Source: Lytechinus pictus (Eukaryota). Taken from it: DNA of 64,000 bases. The DNA lies in contig NC_087251.1 in NCBI RefSeq assembly GCF_037042905.1, positions 7,874,001 to 7,938,000 of the forward strand. Reading direction: 5' to 3'. Shown one piece after another: positions 24,120 to 36,259 of the stretch (position 1 is its first letter; the number at the start of each line of letters is the position of its first letter). A program made the position numbers and the translations under genes. The notes under the pieces are model-generated. The model had not been told where the DNA came from. It searched no databases and saw nothing but the letters and a program-made list of their open reading frames with translations.

Positions 24120-27100
24120 ATGGGACGAAATGAACGATTTCAACTTATGGCCACATTGAATCTTTTATTCTTTGTAGCTTTGACAGCTGCTACAGGTCAG
24201 TATGATAAAATATATCAATGCAGTCAATGCTTGTCACGTGGAATGATTTTAATTGCAGTTTTTTGTTTTCATTCAGTAGCAGGGGCATCGCTTACACTCA
24301 CAACCAGAAAATCTCGAAAAGGGTTTTTTCTTAAATAAGAGAATATACGCGCTTAGCGCGCTCAAAATTCGCAAAAATTGAGGAAGAAAGTTTTCTTTTT
24401 AAGAAAAGACGGGAAATGGCATGTTCAACGAGAATGTTCCCTCTAGTTTAGGATATCCATTTCCTCATTTCATGCGATCTAAATTTCCTTGATAGTTGAA
24501 AACTGTTTATATATATGTGTGTGTGTGAAAAATTGGCCGGCTATTAGCTCACTTACGCGCAATTTACACGACCTTTTATAACATAAACGTAACTCTTGAT
24601 CTGATTTTAATCTTCATCTCCCTTTATGACTTTCTCTCTTTCTCGCTCTCTCTTTAGGTTTTACAGATACAATAAAAAGTAACCCTACATAATTATATAT
24701 TGAAAAATTCAAAGAACTGTCAATAAAGGGAAAAGATTCGAGGATTATTTCACGTAATTTAATCTTTTCTTCTACTGGTGATCAAAACAAAATAAAGGAA
24801 GTAAATCAATGCTATTTTATCGATGGGACATTGGTATCTGTATGGCTTTACTCTAACTATTCCTCTTTCTATGGCCCAAACGATTTCATGTATTTTTCCC
24901 TCGGAAAATACAGATAAGTTCAAACGCATTAATAAAACATTAAACTCATATCAAGTCTTAAGCTGATTTCAAGGGATGATTCGTGTAATTAGTATTTAAA
25001 GAATTGTGCAATATCAAACGTCTCATTGCAGGTCAGACTCAAAATTGCGATGTTGATGAGAGACAGCCAACGGTATGGTTGGGTAAGTTATTCCATAGGA
25101 TTTTGAATGTCATGATGAATATTATGACAAATATATATATCATGCATCTTTGTCATTATATAAAAATATGACCTAGGAGTGCTTCACACAGAAGTTATGT
25201 TCCCAGTTGCCGGTGGTATCATTAGAACAATATCGCGATGATCAGATCATGTGATATTTCCATGGTATGATGCGGAACACCTCGTATCCATGAAGAAGAA
25301 CGTGAGTTTAAACATGTGTGCATTGGCGCAAAAGCATATGACTTAAAGTCAAAGTCAAATCTTTGCAAACACCCCAAGGACCAAGAATCAAGCAGAGCCA
25401 TATATTAAATCAATTACATGAACACTTGTTAACACTGATTGGCATATGAAATATGATAATAATAATTAACAATATTTGTATTAGCGCTTATCACAAAACA
25501 TGTCTCTAAACGCTTTAGCTGCTAATTTCATGTCTTAATAATAGGGATGTTTCACAAAGATTCAAGTCTGACTAAATACCACACGTAAGCACCCTACTAC
25601 CTTCCTATGAGCTCAGCTATTTTTATTCATTTTTTTGTTGGGGATGTGTAATCCTCTTTTGTAAAGTGTACTTGGCACCGTTTTTTTTTTATCTATGATC
25701 TTGTCATGACCTTACCTTGATGATGCTCTTAAGATACTGCTTTGCATTAGACATTGGTTTCCACGCCTTGACGTTGAATGTTTGGAACAGTGGCGTAACT
25801 ACGCGGGGGGGGGGGCATGGGGGGCACGTGCCCCCCCCCCCATCGACTGACCAAAAAAAAAACGGGGAAAAGGAGAAAAGAGGGAAAAAGGAAAAGAAGT
25901 GGGAAAGAAGACAATATTGTTCATTATAATGTTATATCATATCATAATTATGTTTACATAAGAAACATTTTTTTTCATAACTTTATGAAACATAATTTGC
26001 TCAGGGCCTATGTCTTCATTGTTCCTGGTGCTCGCACTGTCTGTTTACCGAGATCTATAATCCTGTTATACTAAAACCTCCCGTTTTCAAGTCAATATAC
26101 ACCAAACTGCCAAATATATTTCCTCGCACTTCCAGTTATTATTGTTTTATGTACAATAGTATGCTTCTTTTTCATGACTACTTAAAGTGATTGCTCCATT
26201 AATATAAACATTTCCTGTCCGTGCTTGTCTGCTCTCCATGAATTCCTAGAATCAGTCCTTAAAATGTCCCCTTTTCTAATCTGAATATCAAAAATTTTCA
26301 GCTCGCGCTTCGCGCTCGCATCATTTGGTTAGTGAACTACGTATGGTCTTCGTGAATTCCTACAAACAAGCCTTAAAATGACCCTCTTCAGGTCTGAATT
26401 TCCTAAATTTTCAGCTCGCGCTTCGCGCTCGCAAGATTTTATTAGTGGAATGGGTATGTTAATCATGATTACAAGTGCTTCAATTTTATGTGCATGTGTA
26501 GATGTAATTCTAACAAAATCAGCAAGCGCTTATTGGCACTCGCATGAGATGGATTCCTAAAATATACTCCTTAAAATCTTACTGTTTGGGGGTCAATATT
26601 TACAAAAATTTCAGCTCGCGCTTCGCGCTCGCATTATTTAGCCAGACAGGTACGTATCATGATTACAAAAGGTTGATAATAATGTCCCTTTTTAGGTCTG
26701 AATATCAAAAATTTTAAGCTCACGCTTGGCGCTCGCATTATTTGACCAGTGAGAGACATATCCGTTTAATGGCACTGTCCTTAAAATGTCTCTATTAGGT
26801 CAGTATACCTGGCAAATGGGCGCGCTTCGCGCGCTCACTTAGTGACTCAAAAATTTTTCTGGTGCTCTCCCAATGCCGTGACCCACGGTACGCCACTGGT
26901 TTGGAAAATAACCACCATACCATTAGCAGGACCGAAAGCGCCTCCACCCATCCCCAAATAATAATGAAATGAAGAAATTAAAATCTACATTTTCATTGCA
27001 AATTTTCACAAAACTTCGCGCAGGTGTGTGCCAACTTCTTTCCATTCAGCCGTTAAAAAACGTCTTTGTGATAAATTGTGTCGCTTCGGTAACACAGCCC

Positions 27101-28711
27101 ACAGCCTGTATACATCCCCCATCCCCCCCTCCCCCTCCCAGATAATTTTTTCTCGCACGACCTTCATGAGCTATTCAAGATAAACCGACTGCATGTACCT
27201 GTAGGTTATGTCATTAAGAAATTTTATAGCGATGCTAAACATCTTAACAAATAAAAATTGCCGTGTTAGAACAAAAAATCTAATATACTATACTTTCAAG
27301 CTCCGTAATATGCATTATGTCAGAACGCTTCTATGATAACACGAATTATCAATGGCAATTAAATGAGCAATATATTGTTTCATGGAATCTTTTTTCCACA
27401 ACGAAATGACAGTACAAGCTTCAAGTATGATATTTTCTGAAATGAAATTAACAAGTTTTAGTTCATTTTGTTTCCCCCCTCTCTTTAAAAATAGGTGATG
27501 AAGATGATGCAAACTTCTGTGATGCCAGCGCCGAGCATTGTGATCACTTTGGTCTTGATTTCGTTTGTGAGGATCCGAGTGGAGGATCACTTACACCTTG
27601 TATCAATGGGACCAAAGTGAAGTGCGCATCACCACCTGCTGTACCCCTGACTGATCCCACTCCTGCCACCACTATAAGAGTTCTTGTATACAACGTCTTT
27701 GAGCTACGTTATCTCTATTGGCAAAGTGGCCAACGAGAAAGAACATGCCGTATTCCACATAAGTTTTTCAGTATGCATCCAGATATTGATGTCATCGTTT
27801 TCAACGAAGTCTTCATGGGAGGTTGCTTTGCCCCCTTCAACGATACCATCGAAACAAGTACCCTTACCATGCGTGACATCATGGACCAATATGGGTTCAT
27901 CTATTACACAGATACCGTTGGCATTGGCGAACCTTTCCCTAAAGTTGAGAATGGTGGAGCGTTCGTTGCTTCTAGGTGGCCCATTGTCAAAACTGATTCC
28001 CGGGTTTTCGACATATCCGAACCATATTCGTGGATGGCTAAAGGAGTTGTGTACACCATGATCAATAAAACTGTTGCTGGACAGAGTGTTATGTACCATA
28101 TCTTTGGAACTCATATGCAAGCTTTCCGAACCCCGAATGCAGACTATGTTCGAGTTGCCCAAGCTACTATCATTCATGACTTCATGCTGGAGCAAGACAT
28201 CGGTGATGACGAACCCGTTATTTATGGAGGTGACCTGAATGCAAGACTGAACACAACCAATGGCGATGACGTCGTTGACGCTCTTGACGCCACACTTCCT
28301 ACGATCATCGGTGAACTCAATGTCACATACGATCACGAGAACAATGATGTTTTTGACGAAAATAACGATACGAACTGGTGGTTGGACTATGTCTTGTATA
28401 GTCGATCCCACATTCAACCTGAAGCTGCTACAATACAGGTCGTTAGGCCTAGGATGTCTACTCCTTTAGAGATTTGCTCGACGGCAATATCCCCGATTCC
28501 AAGCTACCCTAATTCTCAATTTTGCACTGAACGAAAGAATATTACAGACCTATCTGATCACTATGCTGTGTTGGGTACTTTTCATTATAACATGGAATCC
28601 CCTCCAGCAACTGCTACGGAATATCCGCATACGACTGATTCGAGTGTTGGTTGTTGCATTCATAACATCTTGGTAGCACTTACCATTGTGATGGGACTCG
28701 TTTTGAAATAG
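24120..28711 (+). CDS. Sphingomyelinase C-like EEP phosphodiesterase, paralog 1; join(24120..24195,25032..25082,27495..28711), 447 aa, predicted GPI-anchored
   Basis: Signal-peptide exon MGRNERFQLMATLNLLFFVALTAAT; 51-nt micro-exon; GT-AG phase-1 junctions keep the frame. Motifs YNV, FNEVF, ENGGAFVASRWPI, KGVVY, FGTHMQA, GGDLN, LDYV and SDHY; hydrophobic C-terminus. Confidence 0.9.
25788..26898. mobile_element. Non-autonomous hAT-like element, sister of 20211-21772 in opposite orientation (intron 2 of paralog 1)
   Basis: TIR CAGTGGCGTA and perfect 8-bp TSD GTTTGGAA. Confidence 0.9.
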
Positions 28712-29548
28712 TTATCAAATTGAATCCTTGTTGAATATGTTCAGATCTTACATTGTAAAAATGCTAATTTTGTTCATCTATTTGAGATGGTTTGATTATT
28801 CGACGAATCAAATCAAGGTATTGATGTTCAGACTTCTTAAAGTATATAAAAGTTTCCAATCAATCATGTAGACCTTATCTAAGTATTGCTAGCTTATTTT
28901 GAAATTGAAATTGAAATTGAAAAGGTTTTATTAAAATTACTGCACTTTGCAGCCAAAAGGCTGAATTGCGTACAATTTACAGGTATATATACATAGAGTG
29001 TACAGATTTAAAAACATCAAACTTGAAATGATGACGAAAGTATAACGCAACTTAATATATTATGTATACTAAAAGGAAAAGATGAAATAAAAAAATACAA
29101 ACACTGAAAGGTGGTGGTGGTGGAAGGATGCTTATTGATATAAACATCTTAATTCAAACAATAAAAACTTAGTTTTAAGCAGGAACAACAACGAAAGACA
29201 GGAGGGTGTCTGGGGCGAGCGAGCAGTCAAGTTTTATTTAGATACTTTAGATATTTTGCTTCCATCCCAATAATGATCAATTCTCCATCTTTCTCAGTTT
29301 TGCATTGTTCTGTGACCATCGTAATATGCCCTTAAAGTGTTCGTATTCTTCTAAACTTACGGTGTCATATAGAGGTGGCATATGACTATTGTACGATCTT
29401 CGTATGGATTAACGATCACCGTACGATTTACGATTTTTCTTAGCGCGGAGATATACTTATTTTTCAAAAGCGTAAGATGGTAGCCTTTATAGGCCCTACA
29501 CATCGTAAAATCATCGCAAGGGCATCATACGATCAGCGCAGGGGTATT

Positions 29549-29740
29549 GCGCGATAGCTCAGTCGGTAGAGCGGGGGTTTCGGATTCCGGTGACCCGGGT
29601 TCGATTCCCAAGTGGTGCGCTAGTGCCCTTTGGTAAGACATTTATCCTCATTACCAGGTCCCTCGGAGAGGACCTTAAGCCGTTGGTCCCCTGGTTGCTT
29701 GCTCACAGGCATTCGTGCTTTCTTAGCAGTCAGGTAAAAA
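29549..29740 (+). mobile_element. tRNA-derived SINE
   Basis: A box TAGCTCAGTCGG and B box GGTTCGATTCC, then gtgccctttggtaagacattt and a ctcggagaggaccttaagccgttggtccc block reminiscent of a conserved SINE central domain. Confidence 0.7.
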
Positions 29741-31436
29741 ACCTCGGTATGGCATTGTACAATGTACAGTCATCGTATGATAAGTGTAATACGGTTTGAT
29801 CGCTGCAGTCATGGACATTGTACGATATCTGTGCGAGTTACGTATAACGTCTATGTTTCTGTCTTAGCCTTCTACGATGTCTAATGACTGTGCAAAAATC
29901 GTAGAATAATTCGTAGCATAACAAATTAGGCATTATGCTGTTTAAAAGGACGAAATACATGTGTGAATTTGAAATACAGCTTTTAGGAAACATATGTGAC
30001 TGAAAAAAACTCATCAAGATTGTTGTACATCTTATGGAAAGCATTGCCATTTTACAATACTTAATCGAGGTTAGATATTCGTTGATTCGCCAATCTCATT
30101 TTGTGTGTTTACCCCTTGCCCGTTCGTTAATCATTTACACAACTTTATGTATTAATACAATACATTGTATATTGTAAAATAAAGTTTCAACAAATTTTAG
30201 TGTTTGGACTTATCTTGCCTTACCGGAATGAGTTGTCGCGAGTTTGTTTTTACATTATAGTGTGGACTATTATTCATGATAAGCGTTAGTTGATATCTTA
30301 TGAACACCTGTTTGTACAGGAATAGGTTTGACAAATAAATCGCGATTCAATGATAAAAATTACACATTCTCGATTGGTTTATTATTATTACAGGACTACA
30401 ACAATCAATTCGTCTCGAGTGATTTTTTTTTCACCAAGGCAGAACTCCATTTACAGAACAGAGAGACCCATTAAAAATGACATAAATGTAAAAATGTCTA
30501 TAAATTTGATGATGGCGCCCGCGTAAAATCAAAATCCAGCAGAATAAGCCTGTTCACGGTTATAAACTGCGTACGAGCAGTAAATGGTATTTTGATCTTT
30601 AAAAAAATGAAGGTGCAAATTCACTGACATAGGCATTTGTGATTTGACGGTTATTCATGTGTTCCTTTTAAAATATTCTTATCATCACATCCAAGCTGAA
30701 GAGTAACAAAGTCTTCATAATCACCGGCATTTGACAGTAGCCGTAACAATAGTCAAATCTGCCAAAAGCAGACAATAAAAGAAACAGATTTCCAAACTTT
30801 ACCCCTGATGTAATACTCGAGTCACCTGGTATATAAATGCCTTTCTTAGAATTTGAATGCTTTGTCGGGAAAGCTTACGCAACATCTTCATTTGAAAATG
30901 TTAGTGCTCATCCTAGTGAAAAATCGCATAGTTTGATCATGAGCTAACCGTGAACTCGATTATCAAGATATAAAGATATGAAAGTTAGGTTTAGGGTAAC
31001 TGTACCACAATTTTACTTGTCGCTCCCAAGTAACCCGTTGCTTTCACAAACTTTCGGAAGTTTTTTCATTATTATTTTGCATCCTCAGAAGGGATATTCG
31101 ATTGCAATTGCATTTACCGTCTATACAAAGGCAAAATCTACATTCAGATTAAGAAAATCTTCTCCAAATCAACACCCTTGGACCCTAATTCATAAAGTTA
31201 GTTTTAATGATTGTACAAAGGTGGTTCTAATTGAACCATGGTGTACATTATTGAAATCACCTTAGTGAATTCGGCCTAAATTATGAATGTGTTTGTCCAT
31301 GGACCTATAGGTCCATGGTTTGTCTAACGGATAACCATAGAGATAGTATATCTCTATTGAAATCTGACTATTCCTCTTTAATCCAACCCCCGGTCACCCT
31401 CGCCGGTATCCAATAAATACACAATATACCTTTGTA

Positions 31437-34400
31437 GTAGACTTGTTAAGAGGTTGAACGCTGCATTTTTGAGTACAAATGTCCCACTTGGCACAAATGT
31501 TCCTTGAGTCAAAAGAAAAAGATTCATCCAAAGAGACACGCTGTATCTATGCAAATAAGCAAGTAATTTGCATAAATTTGCATATTATGTCGATATAGTG
31601 AAAACAAGTATTTAATAATATATATTTAACCAGAACTGCCCTAAAATTGGAAATAAACACTTAAGGTAAGAAAGGGAAGAAAATTGTCATAAAATAATTG
31701 GGATATCCTTGTTTATTATTACCTAATTTACATAAATTATGCAAATTATAATTTAAAACAGAGTATTTTTTCATGAATCCTGAACTGTTTTAAAAAAACA
31801 GCAACTAATACACAAATGTCAACATTCTACATGAAAGAGAATATATTAGCGAAAACATCGATATGCTTCATGACAGTATTAGTGTCTTAATTTGCTGAGA
31901 AAGAGGGCAAATATGTCAAAATGTATGACGTGATATTGCGCAAAAACGAGACCAAAACAACCTCTATGTCACAGTCACACTCACGAATGAGACAATAAAG
32001 CGATCGATGGTATGTCGTTCGAGATAAAGCAATCCCAACACAATAGCTTCCATCGGCTTCTCGCATCGCTTTTGTTGGTGTGTCTGCCACACCATAATAT
32101 ATGATACATACGGACAAAATGCATTTCGGTATCGGTAAAACACTATTAATTTTGTTTTATTTGTTTCTAATTTGTTTCTCTTGGAAAATTTACAGGAGAC
32201 ATTGCTTTGCAGGTTACTGCTTTAATGAAACTCTGGCACATGAATCATGACGAATGTATCATACCTCAATCCATATTTTAACTTTATTAAAATCTTTTGG
32301 AGACCCCAAAGTGGCAAAACTGCATCCTCCAGCATTCCCGCCACTTTACGAAACCAGTTTGACTTGTCTAATCGACTTGGAAAAGACAGATGTATGAGAC
32401 ATCAGTTAACATGTTTCCTGAAGAAAGTTTTTTTGTTTATTTAAGCCTACGCCCAGGGGAGCCATCCGAATTTACCCCATCCCATCTCCGTATTTCGACT
32501 TTAAATAAAAAATATCGTGTTTTAAAGCCATCGGCAAGGCAAATTGCGTTTTTGGTATAATAAAGCAACTTTTATATCTATATCTTTATATTTACATTCA
32601 TCATTATTGATATTATTATAGTTATTATTAATATTATTATCATTATTATTATTATCATTATTATTATTATCATTGTTCTGCCGTTTGTAATAGTGCTCTA
32701 GTACAGTAAAGGCTATAACCCAACAGGATCATGCCTAGGATACCCTTTCTCTTTTTGGTTTTATGTATTAAAAAATAGTTTATTGTCTTTAGAACTTTTA
32801 AAAGATTACTTTTGTTTGTATTGATATCTTGGAATAGATTGAGGAGAAAATACTCTATAACTGACATGTAGAGGAGCTGTGGTACATTGAAGAACAGCCA
32901 AACAGCCCTTCATTGATTCCACTCTATGTTAACTTTAAATATTTTTAGAGCCCAATCGGAAGAAAGATGCATTTCTACTACACACAGTAAAGCCTCTTTG
33001 CGTTCTCCTCTTGAAAAAAAAAAAAAAACATAGAAGGCATTGTTTTATATCTCATAAAATAAGTTCGTGTACGTGACGGTGGCCTGTCGAAGTTGCCCAA
33101 CCGTTTATTTTGTTTTGACAATATTTATTTAGAATATCGTCTAATTTAAGCCCTCATCTGGAAAAGGGCACTTATTAAAGGCAGCATCTACATTATATAG
33201 AGGAGGCCCTGGCAATGGGAAGAGGGGGCTGAAGCTTGTTAAAATTCTTGGGACCAAAATTTTACATTGAACCTTTTTTGCTTTTCAAATTTACATCAAG
33301 AAATTTAACAAGCACTGATAAACAAAAAAGATTGCACTACAAAATGAAGTTTTTTGGGTAACGTTTCTTTTTTTTCGTGCTGTCACATCTGCCGGAATTC
33401 CAGGGGGTGCTGTCTATGGAGAATAACACACGCAGCACACCCCCCCCCCCCTTCCGGAAAATCTTGCAGGTGCTTCAGCCCCCGCTTCCAAGTACCAGGG
33501 CCTCCTCTATATAATGTAGATGCTGCCTTTAATAAGTGCCCTTTTCCAGATGAGGGCTTCATTTAGACGATATTCTAAATATATATTGTCAAAACAAAAT
33601 AAACGATTGGGCAACTTCGACAGGCCACCGTCACGTACACGAACTTATTTTATAAGATATAAAACAATGCCTTCTATGTTTTTGTTTTTTCAAGAGGAGA
33701 ACGCAAAGAGGCTTTACTGTGTGTAGTAGAAATGTATCTTTCTTCCGAATTGGCTCTAAAAATATTTAAATTTAACATAGAGTGGAATCAATAAAGGGGT
33801 TTGAGTATTTTAGAGCTTACGTGTGGCTTTTCTTCTATGTACCACAGCTCTTCTACCTGTCAATTGTAACGTATTTTCTATTCCAAGATATCAATACAAA
33901 CAAAAGTAATATTTTAAGAGTTCTAAAGACAATAAACTATTTTTGAATAAATAAAACAAAAAGGGGAAAGGGTATCCTAGGCATGCTCCTGTTGGGTTAT
34001 ATCCTTTACTGTGCATTATTACAAACTGCAGAACAATAATAATAATAATAATAACAATAATAATAGTAATAATAATGATGATAATAATATTAATAATGAT
34101 AAAAATATTAATATAGATAAATATGAAATATATATATAAAAGTTGCTCTATTATACCAAAAACGCAATTTGCCTTGCCGGTGGCTTTAAAACACGATATT
34201 TTTTTTGTATTTAGTGTCGAAATACAGAGAGGGGATGGGGTAAATTTGGAGGGCTCCCGTGGACGTAGGCTTACAAAAAAAAACTATCTTCAGGAAACAT
34301 GTTAACTGATGTCTCATAAATCCGTCTTTTCAAAGTCGATAATACAAATCAAACTGGTTTTGTAAAGTAGCGGGAATGCCGCGGGGGAATGCAGTTTTGC

Positions 34401-35294
34401 CACTTCGGGGTCTCCAAAAGATATATATTTTAACAAAGTTAAAATATGGATTAAGGTGGGGGTACATTCGTCATGATTCATGTGCCAGAGCTTCATTAAA
34501 GCAGTAACCTGCAAAGCAATGTCTCCTGTAAATTTTCCAAGAGAAACAAATTAGAAACAAATAAAACAAAATTAATAGTATTTTACCGATACCGAAATGC
34601 ATTTTGCCCGTATATACCATAGATTACGGTGTGGCAGACACACCAACACAAGCGATACGAGAAGCCGATGGAAGCTATTGTGTTGAGATTGTGTTATCTC
34701 GAATGACATACCATTGATCGCTTTATTGTCCCGTTCGTGAGTGTGACTGTGACATAGAGGTTGTTTTGGTCTCGTTTTAGCGCAATATCACGTCATACAT
34801 TTTGACATATTTGCCCTCTTTCTAAGCAAATTAAGACACTAATACTGTCATGAAGCATATCGATGTTTTCGCTAATATATTCTCTTTCATGTAGAATGTT
34901 GACATTGTGTATTAATTGCTGTTATTTATAAAACAGTTCAGGATTCATGAAAAAATACTCTGTTTTAAATTATAATTTACATAATTTATGTAAATTAGGT
35001 AATAATAAACAAGGAAATCCCAATCATTTTATGTCAATTTTCTTCCCTTTCTTACCCTAAGTGTTTATTTCCAATTTTAGGGCAGTTCTGGTTAAATATA
35101 TATTCTTAAATACCTGTTTCCACTATGTCGACCTAATATGCAAATTTATGCAAATTACTTGCTTATTTGCATAGATACAGCGTGTCTCTTTGGATGAATC
35201 CTTTTCTTTTGACTCAAGGAACATTTGTGCCAAGTGGGACATTTGTACTAAAAAATGCAGCGTTCACCCCTTTTTTTGCAGTTAACAAGTCTAC
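31437..35294. mobile_element. Foldback-like palindromic element (~1.8-kb arms, ~236-bp spacer)
   Basis: Arms 31437-33235 and 33472-35294 are imperfect reverse complements along their length. Termini GTAGACTTGTTAA/TTAACAAGTCTAC are flanked by TA on both sides; no convincing ORF. Confidence 0.9.
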
Positions 35295-36168
35295 TATTGC
35301 CATGGCTCATCTTGGGATCTTGCACTGGCATTTTGGAGAATGGATTCACTGAAATCTCGATAATAGCTGCAGATGCATCACTTTACCTGCCTAAAGCATG
35401 TGTTGGGTGGGTTATGGAGCCGTGATATGTGCAAACGCCGGGATATGTGCAAACAACGGTATATATGCAATATTTCGCCGGGATTTGTAAAAACAACGGA
35501 ATTTGTGCAAAGCCACGCCGGGAAATGTGCAAATCTGTCAAAATTTATCAACGGTATCTGTGCAAACGTGACGACGGGATATGTGCAAATTAACAATTTT
35601 CACGGGAAAAGTGAAAACCTCCGGGATATGTGCAAATCACTGCATTTATCCATATAAAGGCTATTTCTCATGAAATGTTTCAGTCATAAAATTACTGTTA
35701 AAAATGAGAAACATGCCTGCATAAGGGAGAAGCTACACATCGGCAATGAAACGCTTTTCAGAGAGGCGGCGGGGGGGGGGGGGGGCACCAACCTTAAATT
35801 GAAGACCCACTATCGTTTGGAATAACATGGATGTAGAGTGTAGTCTTTTAATGCTCCAGACCCGGTCATTTAATCATTTGAAGATCCTTCTGAACTAAGA
35901 TCCTGTACTAAAGCATACATAAGGAGCATAGCCATTCAAAAATAATATAAAAAAACTGCAACACCTCACCGTTTACCAAATTAAGACCTTGTAGAAATGA
36001 ATATAGAATGTAGTCTTTACCCTAGACCTTGTTGTATCAATAACAAAAAAAAATATGATTTAATACCTCACCGTCTAATTCCTATCGAATAAGTTGTTGT
36101 TGTTGTTGTTGTTTTAGCTTATACGGCGCGTGTCATTCAGTAGTGAATATTTGCGCCAAAAAACCACA

Positions 36169-36259
36169 TCCACGTACCGAGCCGGATTCGAACCAGCGAC
36201 ATAAGGTTAATCATCAATCATCTACAGTCCTCCGCTCTAACCAACTGAGCTATCGGTGG
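36169..36259 (-). tRNA. tRNA-Tyr(GTA), intron-containing, probable pseudogene
   Basis: CCACCGATAGCTCAGTTGGTTAGAGCGGAGGACTGTAG-[~13-nt intron]-AACCTTATGTCGCTGGTTCGAATCCGGCTCGGT(ACGT)GGA, then a T6 terminator (36158-36163). It has an anticodon-stem mismatch and a 4-nt insertion in the acceptor stem. Confidence 0.8.

Noticed and set aside
27704-28417. 237-aa antisense ORF (and 49255-49809)
   Set aside because: Shadow frames of the SMase exons; their mutual similarity follows from the paralog 1/3 identity.
29549-29620. tRNA-like sequences here and at 6866-6950, 12090-12163 and 23421-23500 as tRNA genes
   Set aside because: They lack a canonical cloverleaf with terminator and continue into SINE body sequence.
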